Shown here in pieces: positions 1 to 13,315 of a stretch of DNA of 64,000 nt; position 1 is the stretch's first letter, and each line of letters begins with the position of its first letter. The position numbers were made by a program, and so were the translations under genes. Under the pieces are notes generated by a model that searched no databases, was not told the origin of the DNA, and was given only the letters and a program-made list of their open reading frames with translations. This DNA is from Camelus ferus. Its lineage: Eukaryota. The stretch lies in the NCBI RefSeq assembly GCF_009834535.1, contig NC_045696.1, positions 71,302,001-71,366,000 on the forward strand. Direction: 5' to 3'.

Positions 1-308
1 ACCAATAAAGTAGGAAAGGGGCTCAGCCTTTCTAGAAGTGATGTGGGATACCTTAATGTGTGCAGCATATGTAATTTTTCCAAAAGGCTTACACATCTGT
101 TGCCTTGGTGCATCCCCACAGAAACCCTGTGACGTGGGTGGCTGACGAGGGAGAAGAGAGGTAAATGACTTGCTGGGTCGTCAGGATGACACAGTTCCCA
201 TAATGATGGAGTGTCATTGGTGCTTTTTTCCTCAAAGAAATCAGAAGTCCTAGAGAAGAGTGGTCGGTAGTCCTTTAATGACCTTCCTCTTTCGTGTGCT
301 TTGTCCAG

Positions 309-380
309 GGTAAACTGGTTGGAATCTGTGGCAGTGTGGGAAGTGGAAAAACCTCTCTCATCTCATCCATTTTAGGCCAG
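309..380 (+). CDS. ABCC5: ABCC5 exon ~12, NBD1 Walker A
   Basis: ccag|GKLVGICGSVGSGKTSLISSILGQ|gtaag, 72 nt. Confidence 0.96.
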
Positions 381-2557
381 GTAAGATTTTGTTATTATCC
401 TTGGCATATTCTGCTTCTTTCTCTGGATTCTGCTTAGCAAGAGGCTCAGGAAAAGTGAACTTATTTCCTGAAGAGTCAGGAAAGGTGGAAACAAAATGAC
501 CCTTGGTCTGTATCACACCTCTGCCTCTTGCCCTCCCCCCCCCCATATTCCTACCTCTTAACAACAGCATTGTGTCCAGAAGGGGACTCAGTGGACGCCT
601 GGTGAATGATTGATACTCAGCTGGAGTCATTTGTTTCTCATGCCTTCTTTTATCCAGCATGTATTTATTGAGTGCCATAAGTATGCCAGGCAGTGTGTTG
701 GGAAATGTCAGAGGTAGCAGTGGACAGATGGCCAACAAATGGAAGACGCAGAGCTGACTAGCCTCACCAGCCTCCCTGTTAGAGAAAGCCTTCAGGATTT
801 GATCTAGAAGCAAAGACCCACTGTTTTCAGCCTAACCATTGAAAGAACTATGCCCTCAAGGAGTTCATGGCCTACTTGGGGCACTTCTAGACACACAGGT
901 GTAGCACGGGGCAGTGTGTGAATAGTGCTCAGAGGGCCCAGCAGAGAGCTGTCAACATTTAGAGTGGGGATCATCCAGCTAAGACAGATTATCTTGTACT
1001 ATGTTTTAGAACCAAATAATCAGCAAAACAAAATACTCCCCACCACTCCCCCGGCAAAACCCCAAGGTACTTCCACCTGCTTCTAAACTTGGATTAAACT
1101 AGCTTGACTTAGATGGTTGAGATGAGGATGAATTTAAGCTTATTCCTCGTGATGGATGAGGTCCTCTGAATCGTTTATCCATATTGAGGAAACTAAACAA
1201 GTGGGAGAAGGGGTTGGGGAAGAGTGTTTTGTAGCATCCAGTTTATGGGATACTTTATCTTGTTCAACTCCCCTTGGTGGAGTTGTGTCTCCTTGAGAGC
1301 CATGGTGTCCAGGGTGGTCTGAGGAAGGCTGAATTCAAATCATCTGGATGAGCAGCTCCACACCCCCGCCACTTTCTGCTTTATGAGACTCTACAATGGC
1401 CAGGTTCAGCCGTTGGTCTTTGTAAAAAGCCAAAAACCTCCTAGATGATTTCTGATAGTCAGATTTAAGGGCCAGTGATGAGAGACACAGGCGGAGTAAA
1501 GCAGAAGGAGGGTTAGTGGGCAATGGTTAAATTGAAACCTGAATGGGTCTTTGCTTCTGGATCAAATCCTGACAGCCCTCTCTGTCTGACAGAGGGACTG
1601 TGAATACTGGTCAGCCCTGCTTCTTTACAGTTCAACTTTTTTTTGGCAGTCTATAGTGTGGGGTGTTTGCACTGTAGCAGCCAGAAGAGCTGGGTTTCCA
1701 CAGTAGACCTTTGGTGGGTTTCTGAGCACTTTTAAGTGCATATCAGAGTGCTTACCAGTTTGTGGGCAGTCGGTACCACTGTGTTATGATCTGTGTGTGT
1801 ACTCTGTGTGTTACAGTGTTTGAAAGGACAAGCTTGTATGTGTAGGTTGGTTAATGACACTGTTTTAAGCTCTAGCATCCCTAATGCAAGACGAATGTCT
1901 ACTGTTAGTCCCAAAAGGAACCCTGAAAGAGGGTAAAATGGGTAAATCAATTCATGTCAAACATTGCAACTGAAAACACAATTCAAAGCACGTGGCTCAT
2001 CATTCAGTCTCTTCGTGATGGAGGGGAGCATCTGCCATCATTGCATGGATACTCTGTAATAGTAGTTGATGTCTAACTGGAATTTTTTTCCCTCTGGTCC
2101 TCATTTTACAGAAGCAGCTGATCTAGCCAACAGCCTGGATTAATTCTGTAGATGAGTTGGCCTGCCCTCATCTTGAGGCGGGGACTAGCTCTAAATCCTT
2201 ACAGCATCCTCCCCAGGGGAATTCTGAAAGGGCCTTCTGCTTGTGCTTCCTTTAATTAAAACAGTTTTCAGTTAGGAAGAAAAGGATAATAAAGTAGCTT
2301 ATGGGTTGCTGAATGAAGTATTTGTTCATTCAAGTCATGGGTTATGCTGGGCTCCCCTCACACATAAGCAAGGAGAACTTTGATTTTCTTTGCTGCTATA
2401 GCTCTCTGTGGAACAAAGGTGAGGTCTGAATTTGGGTTCAAAAGGCATCCAAGGAAATTGCCAAGACTTTCAAGTCCATTGTGGAATGTGGGGGTTCTGT
2501 TGGCTTAGGGTGATGGTTTTGCATTATGATGCCATTGGATGGTGTCTGTCTCCCTAG

Positions 2558-2682
2558 ATGACACTTCTAGAGGGCAGCATTGCAGTCAGTGGAACCTTCG
2601 CTTATGTGGCCCAGCAGGCCTGGATCCTCAATGCCACTCTGAGAGACAACATCCTCTTTGGGAAGGAATTTGATGAAGAAAG
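2558..2682 (+). CDS. ABCC5: ABCC5 exon ~13 (Q-loop), GC donor
   Basis: ctag|MTLLEGSIAVSGTFAYVAQQAWILNATLRDNILFGKEFDEE(R)|gcaagg, 125 nt. Confidence 0.94.
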
Positions 2683-2803
2683 GCAAGGAATGTTTGGTTT
2701 CTGTCATGCTTTCCATCTTGGCCGCGTGAGACACAAGGCAGCCCAAGTCAGCAGGCTCTGCTCCAACCGTGTCCCTGATGCTAGGTCTCTTTGTGTCCCT
2801 CAG

Positions 2804-2876
2804 ATACAACTCTGTGCTGAACAGCTGCTGCCTGAGGCCCGACCTGGCCATTCTTCCCAACAGTGACCTGACGGAG
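2804..2876 (+). CDS. ABCC5: ABCC5 exon ~14
   Basis: tcag|YNSVLNSCCLRPDLAILPNSDLTE|gtac, 73 nt. Confidence 0.95.
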
Positions 2877-2968
2877 GTACAAGCCTGGTGGGCCAGGGTG
2901 TTTAGCAGAGAGGATTCTGGAGGAGGGGTGTCAGGGCTGTGCCAGAGCCACCTTCCAGGAGTGCATCT

Positions 2969-3046
2969 AATTTATTTATTTTTAATGGAGATACTGGGGG
3001 TTGAATCCAAGCATGAGCTCTACCACTGAGCCATTCCCCACCCGCT
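2969..3046 (-). mobile_element. tRNA-derived SINE, internally deleted
   Basis: Box A/B remnants and A-rich tail on minus; TSD aggagtg(c/a)atct at 2957..2968 and 3047..3058. Confidence 0.75.
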
Positions 3047-3574
3047 AGGAGTGAATCTTAAATACGCGGGAGAAGAACCTACACGGGGAGCTTTGCTTTC
3101 ACTGGGACTTGGTGTTAGGAAAGCATTTTGTCCTTAGGGCAGAGACACTGCCTGTTTTAAGCATATACATGTTTCATGTGTCATGTGGATTTTAAACAAA
3201 ATCCCATTGTTGGTTCAGAGCTCATGTGTTCCACACTGTTCATTTTTAAGGCCATAAGTCAAGCATGTGCCTGTTGGGCTTCTCCCCTGAACTTCACTCT
3301 GCCAGCCTCCTTACTCACATATGGTCTCTAGAGAGCCCTCTCTCCTTCGGAAAGAAAGAGGCCTTAGCACAAACCTGCCTTTCTTGGGTTCTCTGCCCTG
3401 GAGCAGTTCCCAGAGGCCCGTCTCTGGCACTGCCTCTTGCCCTTTGGTGTTGACCTTCCCCTCCCATGACCTGCCTCTAGGTCTCTGAGGCTGGCTTTTT
3501 TATTTGGCTGACATCAGTTTAAGCCCTCAAACCAGACTTGATGACTGGCTTAATTAGTTTCCTGGCCCTCAGGT

Positions 3575-3750
3575 CCTGGTTCCCTGATTAGCAGCTGATC
3601 AGCAGCATCTCTGGGGACTTGTTAGAAATACAGATTCTTAATCCCACCCAGGATCTTCTGAATCAGAGATGCAAGGGGTGGGGCCCAGCAGTCTGTTTTA
3701 ACAAGCCCTGAAGGTAATTCTCACACACACTCTTGTCTGAAAACCTCTGA
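3575..3750. mobile_element. MER5-like hAT DNA transposon relic
   Basis: cttgttagaaatacagattc...gaatcaga...ggggtggggcccagca..tctgttttaacaagcc resembles the MER5A consensus. Confidence 0.7.
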
Positions 3751-4586
3751 ATTAACTGAACTTTTTTTAAGGACAAGATTTTTTTAAAAAATACAGAGCC
3801 AGATACCATTTGACAATTGATTTTTTTTTTTCATTTGTTCATTTACTAGCATTTATCAAGTGCTTGTTATGTGCTGGCTACATGTGGAGAAACTGCTTGG
3901 GGCACTGGGAAAATAAAGAAAAGGGACAACAATATGTGCCCTCAGAAAGCTTACAATTGAGAGAGACACCCCAACAAAAACTCATGAAAAGGAGTCCCCT
4001 TTCTTTTGGGTGTTAGTGGAGAGGGCCGGGAGGCTTCACAGAGAGGACGCCAGAACTGAGCAGACACTGAACAGGAAAAGGCATGACAGTAGATATGTGT
4101 GTTCCTAATAGATACACTGTTTAAAATGACTCAGATCCCAGAGTGCTGAAGAGGGATTGGCAGTGGCGGCTGAGAGCTGCTGGGAAGCTGGGTGGCAAAG
4201 GGCCTGCTCTGTGTGCCATATTTGGGTGTTTAGATTCTATCCTTTAGAATTCTAAGCAAGGGTGGTACATGGTCAGCTTTATGTTTTGGAAAGATCTTTC
4301 TGCCCATGGAAAATGGATTGTAGTTGGGTGTCAAGACGGCATTGCAAGGCCAAATACAGGATTGATTAGTAACCAGATGGTTGTGGGAGAGGGGGAGGCA
4401 TCTGGGCTGATGCCCCCCGTTCTGGTGTGGGCCCTGGAGGATACAGTGGCCCTTCATCGAGGTGGGGAAATCAAGAGAAGGAGTTGGTTTGGGTGGAGGG
4501 GAGGAGAGATGACTGGGGCAATTGATCACTGAGCCTGGTTCCAGACTTGAGCTGGAGGCCTTCCTATGCTTTCTGGGCTCCTGTAG

Positions 4587-4853
<267 letters not shown>

Positions 4854-5395
4854 TAGTTGGTCCCAGTCCCTTCGTGGGGCTCCTAGATGTCCCTGGAATC
4901 ATGAGTGTTCACTGCCTCAGCAAGTTGCTCTCTGTCCCATTGTACCAATAAAACTCACTATACCAGATGGCCATCTGAATCAGAGATCCTTGGAGCATGT
5001 TAGCTTCTGCATATAAATTAGTGAGTAAAAGGGCTGAGAGGAGTAGGCAGCAAATGGAGTTTGGGTATGAGATGGTTTGGGAAGCACTGTGTTAACATCT
5101 GTATGCGAAGGGGAACTGTTCAGGGAAAATAAGCTCTTCTCCCTCTGTCATCCCATGACAAGCAGCCGTTTCAGAGAGCAGCTCAAGGATGTTGCCCTCT
5201 GCTTTGCATATGTTGTCAAGTTTGGGGGGCTTGCCCGCCCTTCTGTAATGGGATGTCTGTAATTATGTGTACTTCTGAGTACAGTGAAGGGATGTGAAGT
5301 TTGATGCAGGTTTTGGGAGGCTTCATCAGCAGATTTATGTTGAAAACGGGAGGAACTGCATTTTGATCTCCATCACAAGGCAGCATAAGCTAAAA

Positions 5396-5584
5396 CTGGG
5401 GTTCTCAGTCTTGGCACTATGGGCTTTTGGGGCCAGAGAGCTCTCTGTTGTGGGGGCTGTCCTGTGCATTCCTGGCCTCCATCTACCAGATGGCAGGAGT
5501 ACTCCCTCCAGTTGTACCAAAAATGTCTCCAGATATTGCCCACTGCCCACCGGGGGCTCAGTCACCTCCAGGTGAGAACTGCTG
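5396..5584 (-). mobile_element. MER20-like hAT element
   Basis: tgttgtgggggctgtcctgtgcat...aaaaatgtctccaga.attgcc matches MER20 in reverse. Confidence 0.8.
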
Positions 5585-5658
5585 AGCTAAGGTGTAGATA
5601 TTTGGGTGTATTTGCACAAATATTAGCCACACTATGTGGTCCCTGTCTCTGTCCCCAG

Positions 5659-5802
5659 TACCTGGCTGACTGTGATGAAGTGATCTTCATGAAAGAGGGT
5701 TGTATTACAGAAAGAGGCACCCATGAGGAACTGATGAATCTAAATGGTGATTATGCTACCATTTTTAACAACCTGTTGCTGGGAGAGACACCCCCAGTTG
5801 AG
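5659..5802 (+). CDS. ABCC5: ABCC5 exon ~16
   Basis: ccag|YLADCDEVIFMKEGCITERGTHEELM...ETPPVE|gtaag, 144 nt. Confidence 0.96.
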
Positions 5803-7399
5803 GTAAGTATCACATGACGTGTGTGTGTGTGTCTTTCTAGCAAGAGAGACATGACTGTAGAGAAATCTCAGCTGAATTCAGTGTCTGTGTCTTATTGGCA
5901 GAGACCCTATTTTCTGGTGACCAGACTGCGGTGCATCAGATCACATACTGGTTCTACTCCAGGAGGGCAGGATTGTGGGGCTGGTGGGCCGAGGTCTTCT
6001 ATCAGAACTTACTAGGAAGGCAGTGGCAGGGAGAAGGATGTGGGCTCAGTGAGCGCTGTTGTTCCATTGTAACTTACTTTCATAAAGTCCACCAAATCCT
6101 GACTGAAGCATTACAAAGCTCCTTTCTTAATAGTCAGATGCATAAGGTGCCAGGGAAGAGACATTAAATACTGCATACATTTGAAAATTATCCATGGTAT
6201 CTGGCTGCTGACTTAGTACTCTTTAACTAACACCGACTGTGGCCCAGTTACTGGATTAGGCACTGTATAGATGTCATGCAATTTAGTCATCTTAACAGAG
6301 CTCTGCGGCAAAGTATGATTATCCCCCACTGTTACTGCTGAGAAAACGGAAGCTCAGAGGGTAAACAGCTTGCTGAAAAGGTTGGTTTGACGCTAAAGCG
6401 CCCATTCTGTTGGGCTGCCTGCCTCCCGCGGCAGCACAGAAAGGTGGCAGCTTCCTCTGGGCTCTGAGTTAGGCAAAGACAAGAGCGTGCTTAGTCCGAG
6501 CTAATCAGAGAGCTTGTTTCTCCTTCTCATCAACTTGCTCTCCTATTGGACTTTTGTTTTCTCTGATCACCTTGGGTCCTAGGAGTTCACTCAGTCTGGG
6601 GGAAAAGCTGCTGCTTAGCTACTAGGTCATTTTGATGTTGAGAAGGATGAAAGCAGAAAGTTATTGGGACCTTTCCTAGGAGTCTTATTTCAGTGTTTGG
6701 GTATCATCCCTGATTGATTTCAGGTTCAGTACAATGAACTGTTCATGACTGTTGTGTCTTAGGCCTTTTGCTGTAACTCAGACATTCCAAGTGTCAATAG
6801 TAACTTCTATAGAGACACCTGATCCAGATTTGGATTTTATGATCTCTCCCTGTGACTCTCAGGGTACTTTGGGCTTTTCAGATTATTTCTTCCTCACGTA
6901 GATGTGGAGGGGGGAAATGAGAGGGAGAGGAGCTAAAACATGAAATGTCCAAAGAGCAAAGGAATATTGAGAGCCAGAGTGTTGAGTGGAGGAGTGTGCT
7001 TTCAGTATGTCACTTCACTTTACTGAGCCTCAGTATCCTTATCTAAAAATAGGGGTGGCACCTGCCTCTCAGAGTTGGTATATTGATTAAATGAAGTAAT
7101 AATTAATGTTCTTACCCTAGTCAGTGGTCAGCAAACAGTAATTTTCAGTGCATTTACTCATGCACTGTAGTTAAGTATAAAATTTAGGGTTCTATCTTGT
7201 GTTCTAAATGTGGCTCTGAATTTTATTTTATTTTCTGATTTTTTTTTCCCTGTCAGTTGGAGAGCAAACTGGGATCATGAGACTGACTATGACATAGAAT
7301 TAAATGTAGTAAACTATACTAAGAGAATATCCTGTATAAAGATATAAGAGGAACTTGGAAAGGAGAGCATTAAGTAGTTTCTGTTATCTCAGGTTCAAT

Positions 7400-8170
7400 T
7401 TGATGCATGTTTAGTAAGTCCCTGTGTGCCCTGTTATGGGCAACTCTAGGTGCTGGGCCCTGTCTAGGTTATAACCATGAGTGAGACATCATCTCTGTCC
7501 TTGAGGAACTCAGTCTCCTAGGGAAGACCAGTGCTCTTATGCTCTTACAGGGGACTGTTACAACACCAGGTCACGCAATGTGCTGTAAAAGTACCAAGAA
7601 GTGCCTGGGAGGACAGGGGAGGGTGAACTTTATTCTAGAGGAGTGTTAAGTTGCTTCAGAGAGGATGTAAAATTTGAATCCGTCTGAATGGGAACAACTG
7701 TGACTAAGTTGGGAAAGGAGAGGGGCATTCCAGGTGAAGAACCAGTGTGGTTAAAAGTACAGAAGTGGGAAGTGGCAGTGTGATGTGAGGCATGGCTAGG
7801 GTGGAGAGTCGAAGCCACAGGCATGGGGAGGAGCTTGCAGGGTTGGACCAGAGCCAGAATGTGGAGGTGTTGCAAAACCAGGCTGAGAAGGTGGAGTTTC
7901 CCATGGTTGTAGTGGGAAGTGATCAGACCTGTGATTTGATTTAGTGATGTGACGATCAGAGATGAAAAGAATGGAAGTGACCCCAGCACAAATACTTTGG
8001 ACAAGTTGGGGTGGATGAGAACAGCATAAAGGCTACTGTGTTTGGAGTTTAGGTAGTTAGTGACTTTGGGGAGAGCAGTGTCAATGAAATAAGAAATCCA
8101 GATCTCAAACATTTAAGGTATTGGGGAAACTGCAGAAATGAGTATAGGTGACCCTTTTAAGAAGTTGGAT
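7400..8170 (+). mobile_element. Ancient L2-like LINE fragment
   Basis: Degenerate purine-rich L2-type text (catctctgtccttgaggaactcagtct..., ttagtgactttggggagagcagt); boundaries approximate. Confidence 0.55.
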
Positions 8171-8291
8171 GCGTCTGTTTTCAGTAAGAGCAGCAGCTCG
8201 ATAAATGATTCTCTAACACGTCCTTTGGACGTTTGTCTGAATGGCTACATCACAATGACTGGAGACACTTCTTTTTGTGTGTGTGTGTTAG

Positions 8292-8394
8292 ATTAATTCA
8301 AAAAAGGAAACCAGTGGTTCACAGAAGAAAACACAAGACAAGGGTCCTAAAACAGGATCAGTAAAGAAGGAGAAAGCAGTGAAGCCAGAGGAAG
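8292..8394 (+). CDS. ABCC5: ABCC5 exon ~17 (charged linker)
   Basis: ttag|INSKKETSGSQKKTQDKGPKTGSVKKEKAVKPEE(G)|gtaat, 103 nt; absent from the ORF track, phase fits both neighbours. Confidence 0.94.
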
Positions 8395-8431
8395 GTAATG
8401 ACCTTTTTTGAGATGTTAGATTTGTCATCAA

Positions 8432-8900
8432 ATTTGTTTTTGTTTTTGTTTTCCATTGAGGCATTTTATTTGCATGTATATGTTACATCCCTAGAAAAAA
8501 GATCCGTGGCTTTCCCTCCTCTGTATTTTCACACACTTGCTTCTTTACGGTCCATGATGCCCGCTGAGGTTGTCCAAACAATGAAACCAAACTAACTGGA
8601 TGGGAGCTGCGATTTTTCTACATCTTTGAGTTACCCAGCAAATCCAGGTCAGATCACTCCACATTTGTTTAACCTGCCCGTGAGGTTCACAACACTTTTC
8701 CCAGTTCTGTGATTGACAATTAAATTTACCAATATAACCACGCCTCAGCATCACAGTGAGAAACCAGACGATGACTTTGGAGCGTGGCCTAGTGAGAACC
8801 TGGCGTTTGCCTCTCTTTTTGGCCTTGACCATGCTCTTGAGAGCATCAGCCAGGGACACTGATGAGCACCATTATGGCGGCACAGAAAGATTGCAGAAAG
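8432..8900 (-). pseudogene. RPS15A: Processed pseudogene of 40S ribosomal protein S15a in an ABCC5 intron
   Basis: Intronless and frameshifted; minus-strand peptide [27 protein letters not shown]...GYIG.F. ATG at 8872, TAG at 8491..8493, AATAAA ~8465..8470, degenerate poly(A) 8432..8450, pyrimidine 5' leader. Confidence 0.93.
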
Positions 8901-9391
8901 CATATCATTAAAGTTGATCAGAAATTATGCCCTGCAGTAATTCATGATGTTTGATAGCATTGTGTATTGCAGAGTGCCTGGCCTTATATTTCTAGAATAA
9001 TGAAACTCTTGTATGATTATTGCGAGACCATAAGGCACCTTCTGCTTGCTTCAACAGACCAAGACCATAAGAATAACCTTTAATCCTATGCCTTCTCATG
9101 CTGTGCAGGTGGGGCAAGGTGTAGGTAGTCATAGTATAGTGAGTCATCCTGAGTAACAAAAAATTGAATGGTGGGAAGAGGAATACCTTTCATTCCTGTG
9201 ATTCACCTCTGCTCTTTAAAAGTCATGCCAAACCCAAGCAGAGGTTTTCCAGCTCAAAGAATGCCTCTGTCCTCAGTACCTCTCCTGTTAGAATGAGACT
9301 CTTGTCCTGAGCAGACTACAGCAGGGCTGTGGTGAAGAGTTACTGTGGGGTTTTTCCTACTTGACTTTCCCATCCAAAGTCCTTGGTCCTA

Positions 9392-9860
9392 TTTTTTATT
9401 TTATTTTATTTTTTTAACATTTTTTATTGAGTTATAATCATTTTACGATGTTGTGTCAAATTCCAGTGTAGAGCACAATTTTTCAGTTATACATGAACAT
9501 ATATATATTCATTGTCACATTTTTTTCTCTGTGAGTTTCCATAAGATCTTGTATATATTTCCCTGTGCTATACAGTATAATCTTGTTTATCTATTCTACA
9601 CTTTGAAATCCCAGTCTGTCCCTTCCCACTCCCCACCCCCTTGGCAACCACAAGTTTGTATTCTATGTCTATGAGTCTGTTTCTGTTTTGTATTTTTTTT
9701 TTTTAAGATTCCACATATGAGTGAATCTTTCTCTTTCTGGCTTACTTCACTTAGAATGACATTCTCCAGGACATTCATGTTGCTGCAAATGGCATTATGT
9801 TGTCAGTTTTTATGGCTGAATAGTATTCCATTGTATAAATATGCCACTTCTTCTTTATCC
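9392..9860 (-). mobile_element. Lineage-specific L1 3' end
   Basis: Poly(A) tail at left; ORF2 C-terminus remnant LENVILSEVSQKEKD (ORF 9596..9778); possible TSD tcctattt. Confidence 0.88.
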
Positions 9861-11605
9861 TATTTCTTAAACCCTTTATCTTATCAACTGAAACAAATCT
9901 TGGGAGTTAGAAAAACTACTTGCAATACCTTAGGCATTTTCACTTTTGTGATATGTTTTAAGCTGCCTATCAGTTTGCAAGTAATAACAATAATGAATAA
10001 AAATGCATTCGTGTTTTAAAGTTCTCTTTCTGTATGTCACCTCTTCATCTTACATTTGCATCCTTTCCCAGATTTGCCACTGCTTTGGAGATGGGCCTGT
10101 TTTCATTTCCTTGTTCTTAAAACTGCAGCAGATTTTTGGTGTTAGGATTTGACCATCCAAATTTACCACTCCCTGCCTCTTTTCTCTCTTTTAATACACC
10201 AAGTATGAGATTTCGAATTCAGGCGTGATTTAAGAGACCTGAATCTCACATGCACAAAACAAACACAGTGCAGAAGTCTGAGACATCTGTTAGTTCCTGC
10301 CACAGGCAGTATGAAAAAAACAGAATGTCTTTTTAGGGAACATTTGTCATTACTTATATAGCCACTAACCTGGAGACTCACATCACAAAGTACTCAAGGC
10401 ATGTGTGGCTTGTTTGAAGATAATTAAGCATCATATGTGATAAAGAGGCAGAGGCTTCCTGTGAGGCTACTTCTCTGTATTCTCCTGTGAGCACCAATCT
10501 CCTGACCACCTCTGGGAGCTCCTAGGAAATATCTCTGAGTCTTTTCTCTCCTACAGCCAGTCACCACATCTGACTGAATGGACCGGAAACTCCATCCCCA
10601 TCATCAGGACCCTGGTTCTGGCCTTTATCATCCCCTCCCTAGAGAGTTACAGCTGCCTCCTGTTAAATCTTCTCTCCACACAAACAGCTGAGAGATCTAG
10701 TTAAAAACAGGAGACTGACCAACTCACTTTCCTGCCTGAAGCCTTTCAGTGGCCTCGCAGTTTCAAAGCAGCATTTTCTAATCCTTTTCCTGATGTGGTA
10801 CACATAGAAAATGCCATAATTTATATGGGACCTTGGGATGTCTGGAAGAGACTGCTCACTGTCAAAGGTGGCTAGTCTGGCCATTCCAGGCCCACCTAGT
10901 CCAGTAGGGCCGGGAGTCAAATCTGCACACCTGTAGCCCATTCTCTTGAGATGGTCTTGTCCAAAGGATAAAGTTCAAATGCCTTGATCCTCAGACCACA
11001 GCCTGCTTAATCAGCCTTATCTCCTGCCACTCCTTATACACACAAAATGTTCCAGCCATATTGAAATGGTTGTCTGTAAACACCAATTTGCTGTTTCCCC
11101 ACCCCTGTGCCCAACCTTTGCCCACCTAGACAACTCTGGCTTACCTTTCAAAGTGTAGTATGGACTACATGGAAATTCTTCCCTGAAACCTCCCTGCTAA
11201 GCCCCTCCCAGCTCCCCCAAGTAGGTTATGCGTACCTCCTGGATGTTCCTGTGCTGCCCTGCAAATAGCTCTAGCATTGGAGTTCACACATTTCATTATA
11301 ATTATGTGTTTATTTACCTGTCTGTCCTACTAGAGTGTGGAAGGACCCTCAGCCAGATCTCAAGGGCTGGGACCTGGTCTGAATACACCTTACTATTCTA
11401 GAGCCTTATCCCCGGCCTGGTTCATAGTAGGTGCTTTGTTAATTTAAATGGGTGAATGAACACTCCTGATGAAGGGGAAATAATTCTAATCTAGAGCTCT
11501 GTGAAACTGTAGGCTCTCTTTGATTCTGCTCTTCTACTTCATTGACTTCATTCTGGAAAAGCAGCTTTTCCTTTCTGAGTTCACGTTTCTTTTTTTCTTA
11601 CCTAG

Positions 11606-11790
11606 GGCAGCTCGTGCAAATGGAAGAGAAGGGGCAGGGTTCCGTGCCCTGGTCAGTATATGGTGTCTACATCCAGGCTGCTGGGGGTCCTTTGGCATTC
11701 CTAGTCATTCTGTCCCTTTTCATGCTGAATGTGGGCAGCACTGCCTTCAGCAACTGGTGGTTGAGTTATTGGATCAAGCAAGGAAGTGGG
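11606..11790 (+). CDS. ABCC5: ABCC5 exon ~18 (start of TMD2)
   Basis: ctag|QLVQMEEKGQGSVPWSVYGVYIQAAGG...WIKQGSG|gtaag, 185 nt. Confidence 0.96.
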
Positions 11791-12186
11791 GTAAGGTTAT
11801 TCATTAACGGTGAATTTATATGTCTAGGATTATGAGGTGTCTCCATATCCCTTGGCTGTTCTCAGGGAAACTGCTTTAGTTTTCAATTAGAAGAAGAATG
11901 AACAAGGATTACTCAAGATGAAAAGATGAGTCCCTAATGTAACTTCATCAGATAGTTGCTCCCTGACCAACTCATGGAGCAGTACAGTTTATCAGTAGCA
12001 TGCCTATAGGCTGTCTGCCCTTGCCCACTAGAAAACAGAGGAGCGGGGCAAAGCCTGCCTTAAATTGGCCTCAGCCAGGTCTCAGGGTCGTTATCCTGCA
12101 CCCTCCCTTGAGCCGGGAATGGCCCTGATAAGGGGTTCTTGGCAGTCACTTGGAGTCTTGCCTCATAGAGCCTTGCCTCCAAACAG

Positions 12187-12333
12187 AACACCACTGTGAC
12201 TCAAGAAAACAGGACCTCTGTGAGCAGCAGCATGAAGGACAACCCTCTGATGCAGTACTACGCAGGCATCTACGCCCTCTCCATGGCTGTCATGCTGATT
12301 CTGAAAGCCATTCGCGGAGTGGTCTTTGTCAAG
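12187..12333 (+). CDS. ABCC5: ABCC5 exon ~19
   Basis: acag|NTTVTQENRTSVSSSMKDNPLMQYYAGIYA...VVFVK|gtgtg, 147 nt; N-x-T sequons in an extracellular loop. Confidence 0.95.
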
Positions 12334-12598
12334 GTGTGCTCTGGTGGCCCTGCTCCTCCTTTCCCTGGGGGCTGTGTGGTCAGGCTCCCCCTGGCATCTC
12401 TCGGGTTTATTCTGAGTCAGGGAGCCCCTTTGAAGCAAGATGGCCCTCGCCAAAGTGACCTGCACCCACTTTGTCTCACCTGTTTGCCACCTCGCTCCTC
12501 TGTGGACATTTGCCCTTTTCCCGCCTTGGGATGGATGTCCCATGGAGGGGGAGGTGAGCCCGCCTGAGTCCCTGATCACTTTGTGCTCTGCTCCTCAG

Positions 12599-12728
12599 GG
12601 TACGTTGCGAGCCTCCTCCCGGCTCCATGACGAGCTTTTCCGCAGGATCCTTCGAAGCCCTATGAAGTTTTTCGACACTACCCCCACAGGGAGAATTCTC
12701 AACAGGTTTTCCAAAGACATGGATGAAG
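12599..12728 (+). CDS. ABCC5: ABCC5 exon ~20
   Basis: tcag|[43 protein letters not shown]|gtatt, 130 nt. Confidence 0.96.
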
Positions 12729-13156
12729 GTATTTCTCACTGCTTCTCTCCATTATGCTCCAGAGCACAAGCCAGAACTCATTGTGCCCTCCAGCCTTCCA
12801 AGTGACTCGCTAGATATGCAGATCTGTCCGGCCTTAGGTTCTGAGAGCACGGAGGCCGCTGATGTTTGCATCAGGAACATTTTAGTTTAGGCGTATTCTC
12901 CATGTTACAACTTCTCTTTAGGCTGAGGGCCTATCTGATTTTCCACCTTTCATCTGAGTTCTTACATGGTCGTATTTAACCTGAAGACCAGTTCAGAGGA
13001 TTGAGTAAGCATAACAGCTTTGGACAGGAGCATCTGAGATTCCAAAACACACATGGACTTGTGGGTACTGCATTGGTTCCTGGATACCTACAACTTCTGA
13101 CAGGTTTTCTGGCTGCTGGCTGCTGTGTGGGCTGTCCCAACACCAGAGCTTAAGTA

Positions 13157-13315
13157 CAGCTGACCCTTGAACAATCAGGTTGGTTGGATCTGTGAATATG
13201 GAACTGTGGACAAGGAACCGCATACCTGGAGGGTCTGACTGTAAGTTATATGTGGATTTTCAGCTGCACAGGGGGGCCTGTACCCCACACCCCCACATTG
13301 TTCAAAGGTCAACTG
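13157..13315. mobile_element. Tigger2-family MITE (Tc1/mariner)
   Basis: TIRs CAGCTGACCCTTGAACAA / TTGTTCAAAGGTCAACTG flanked by TA on both sides. Confidence 0.85.

Noticed and set aside
8545..8859. Functional ribosomal protein gene
   Set aside because: Frameshifted, intronless and poly(A)-tailed, so a processed pseudogene.
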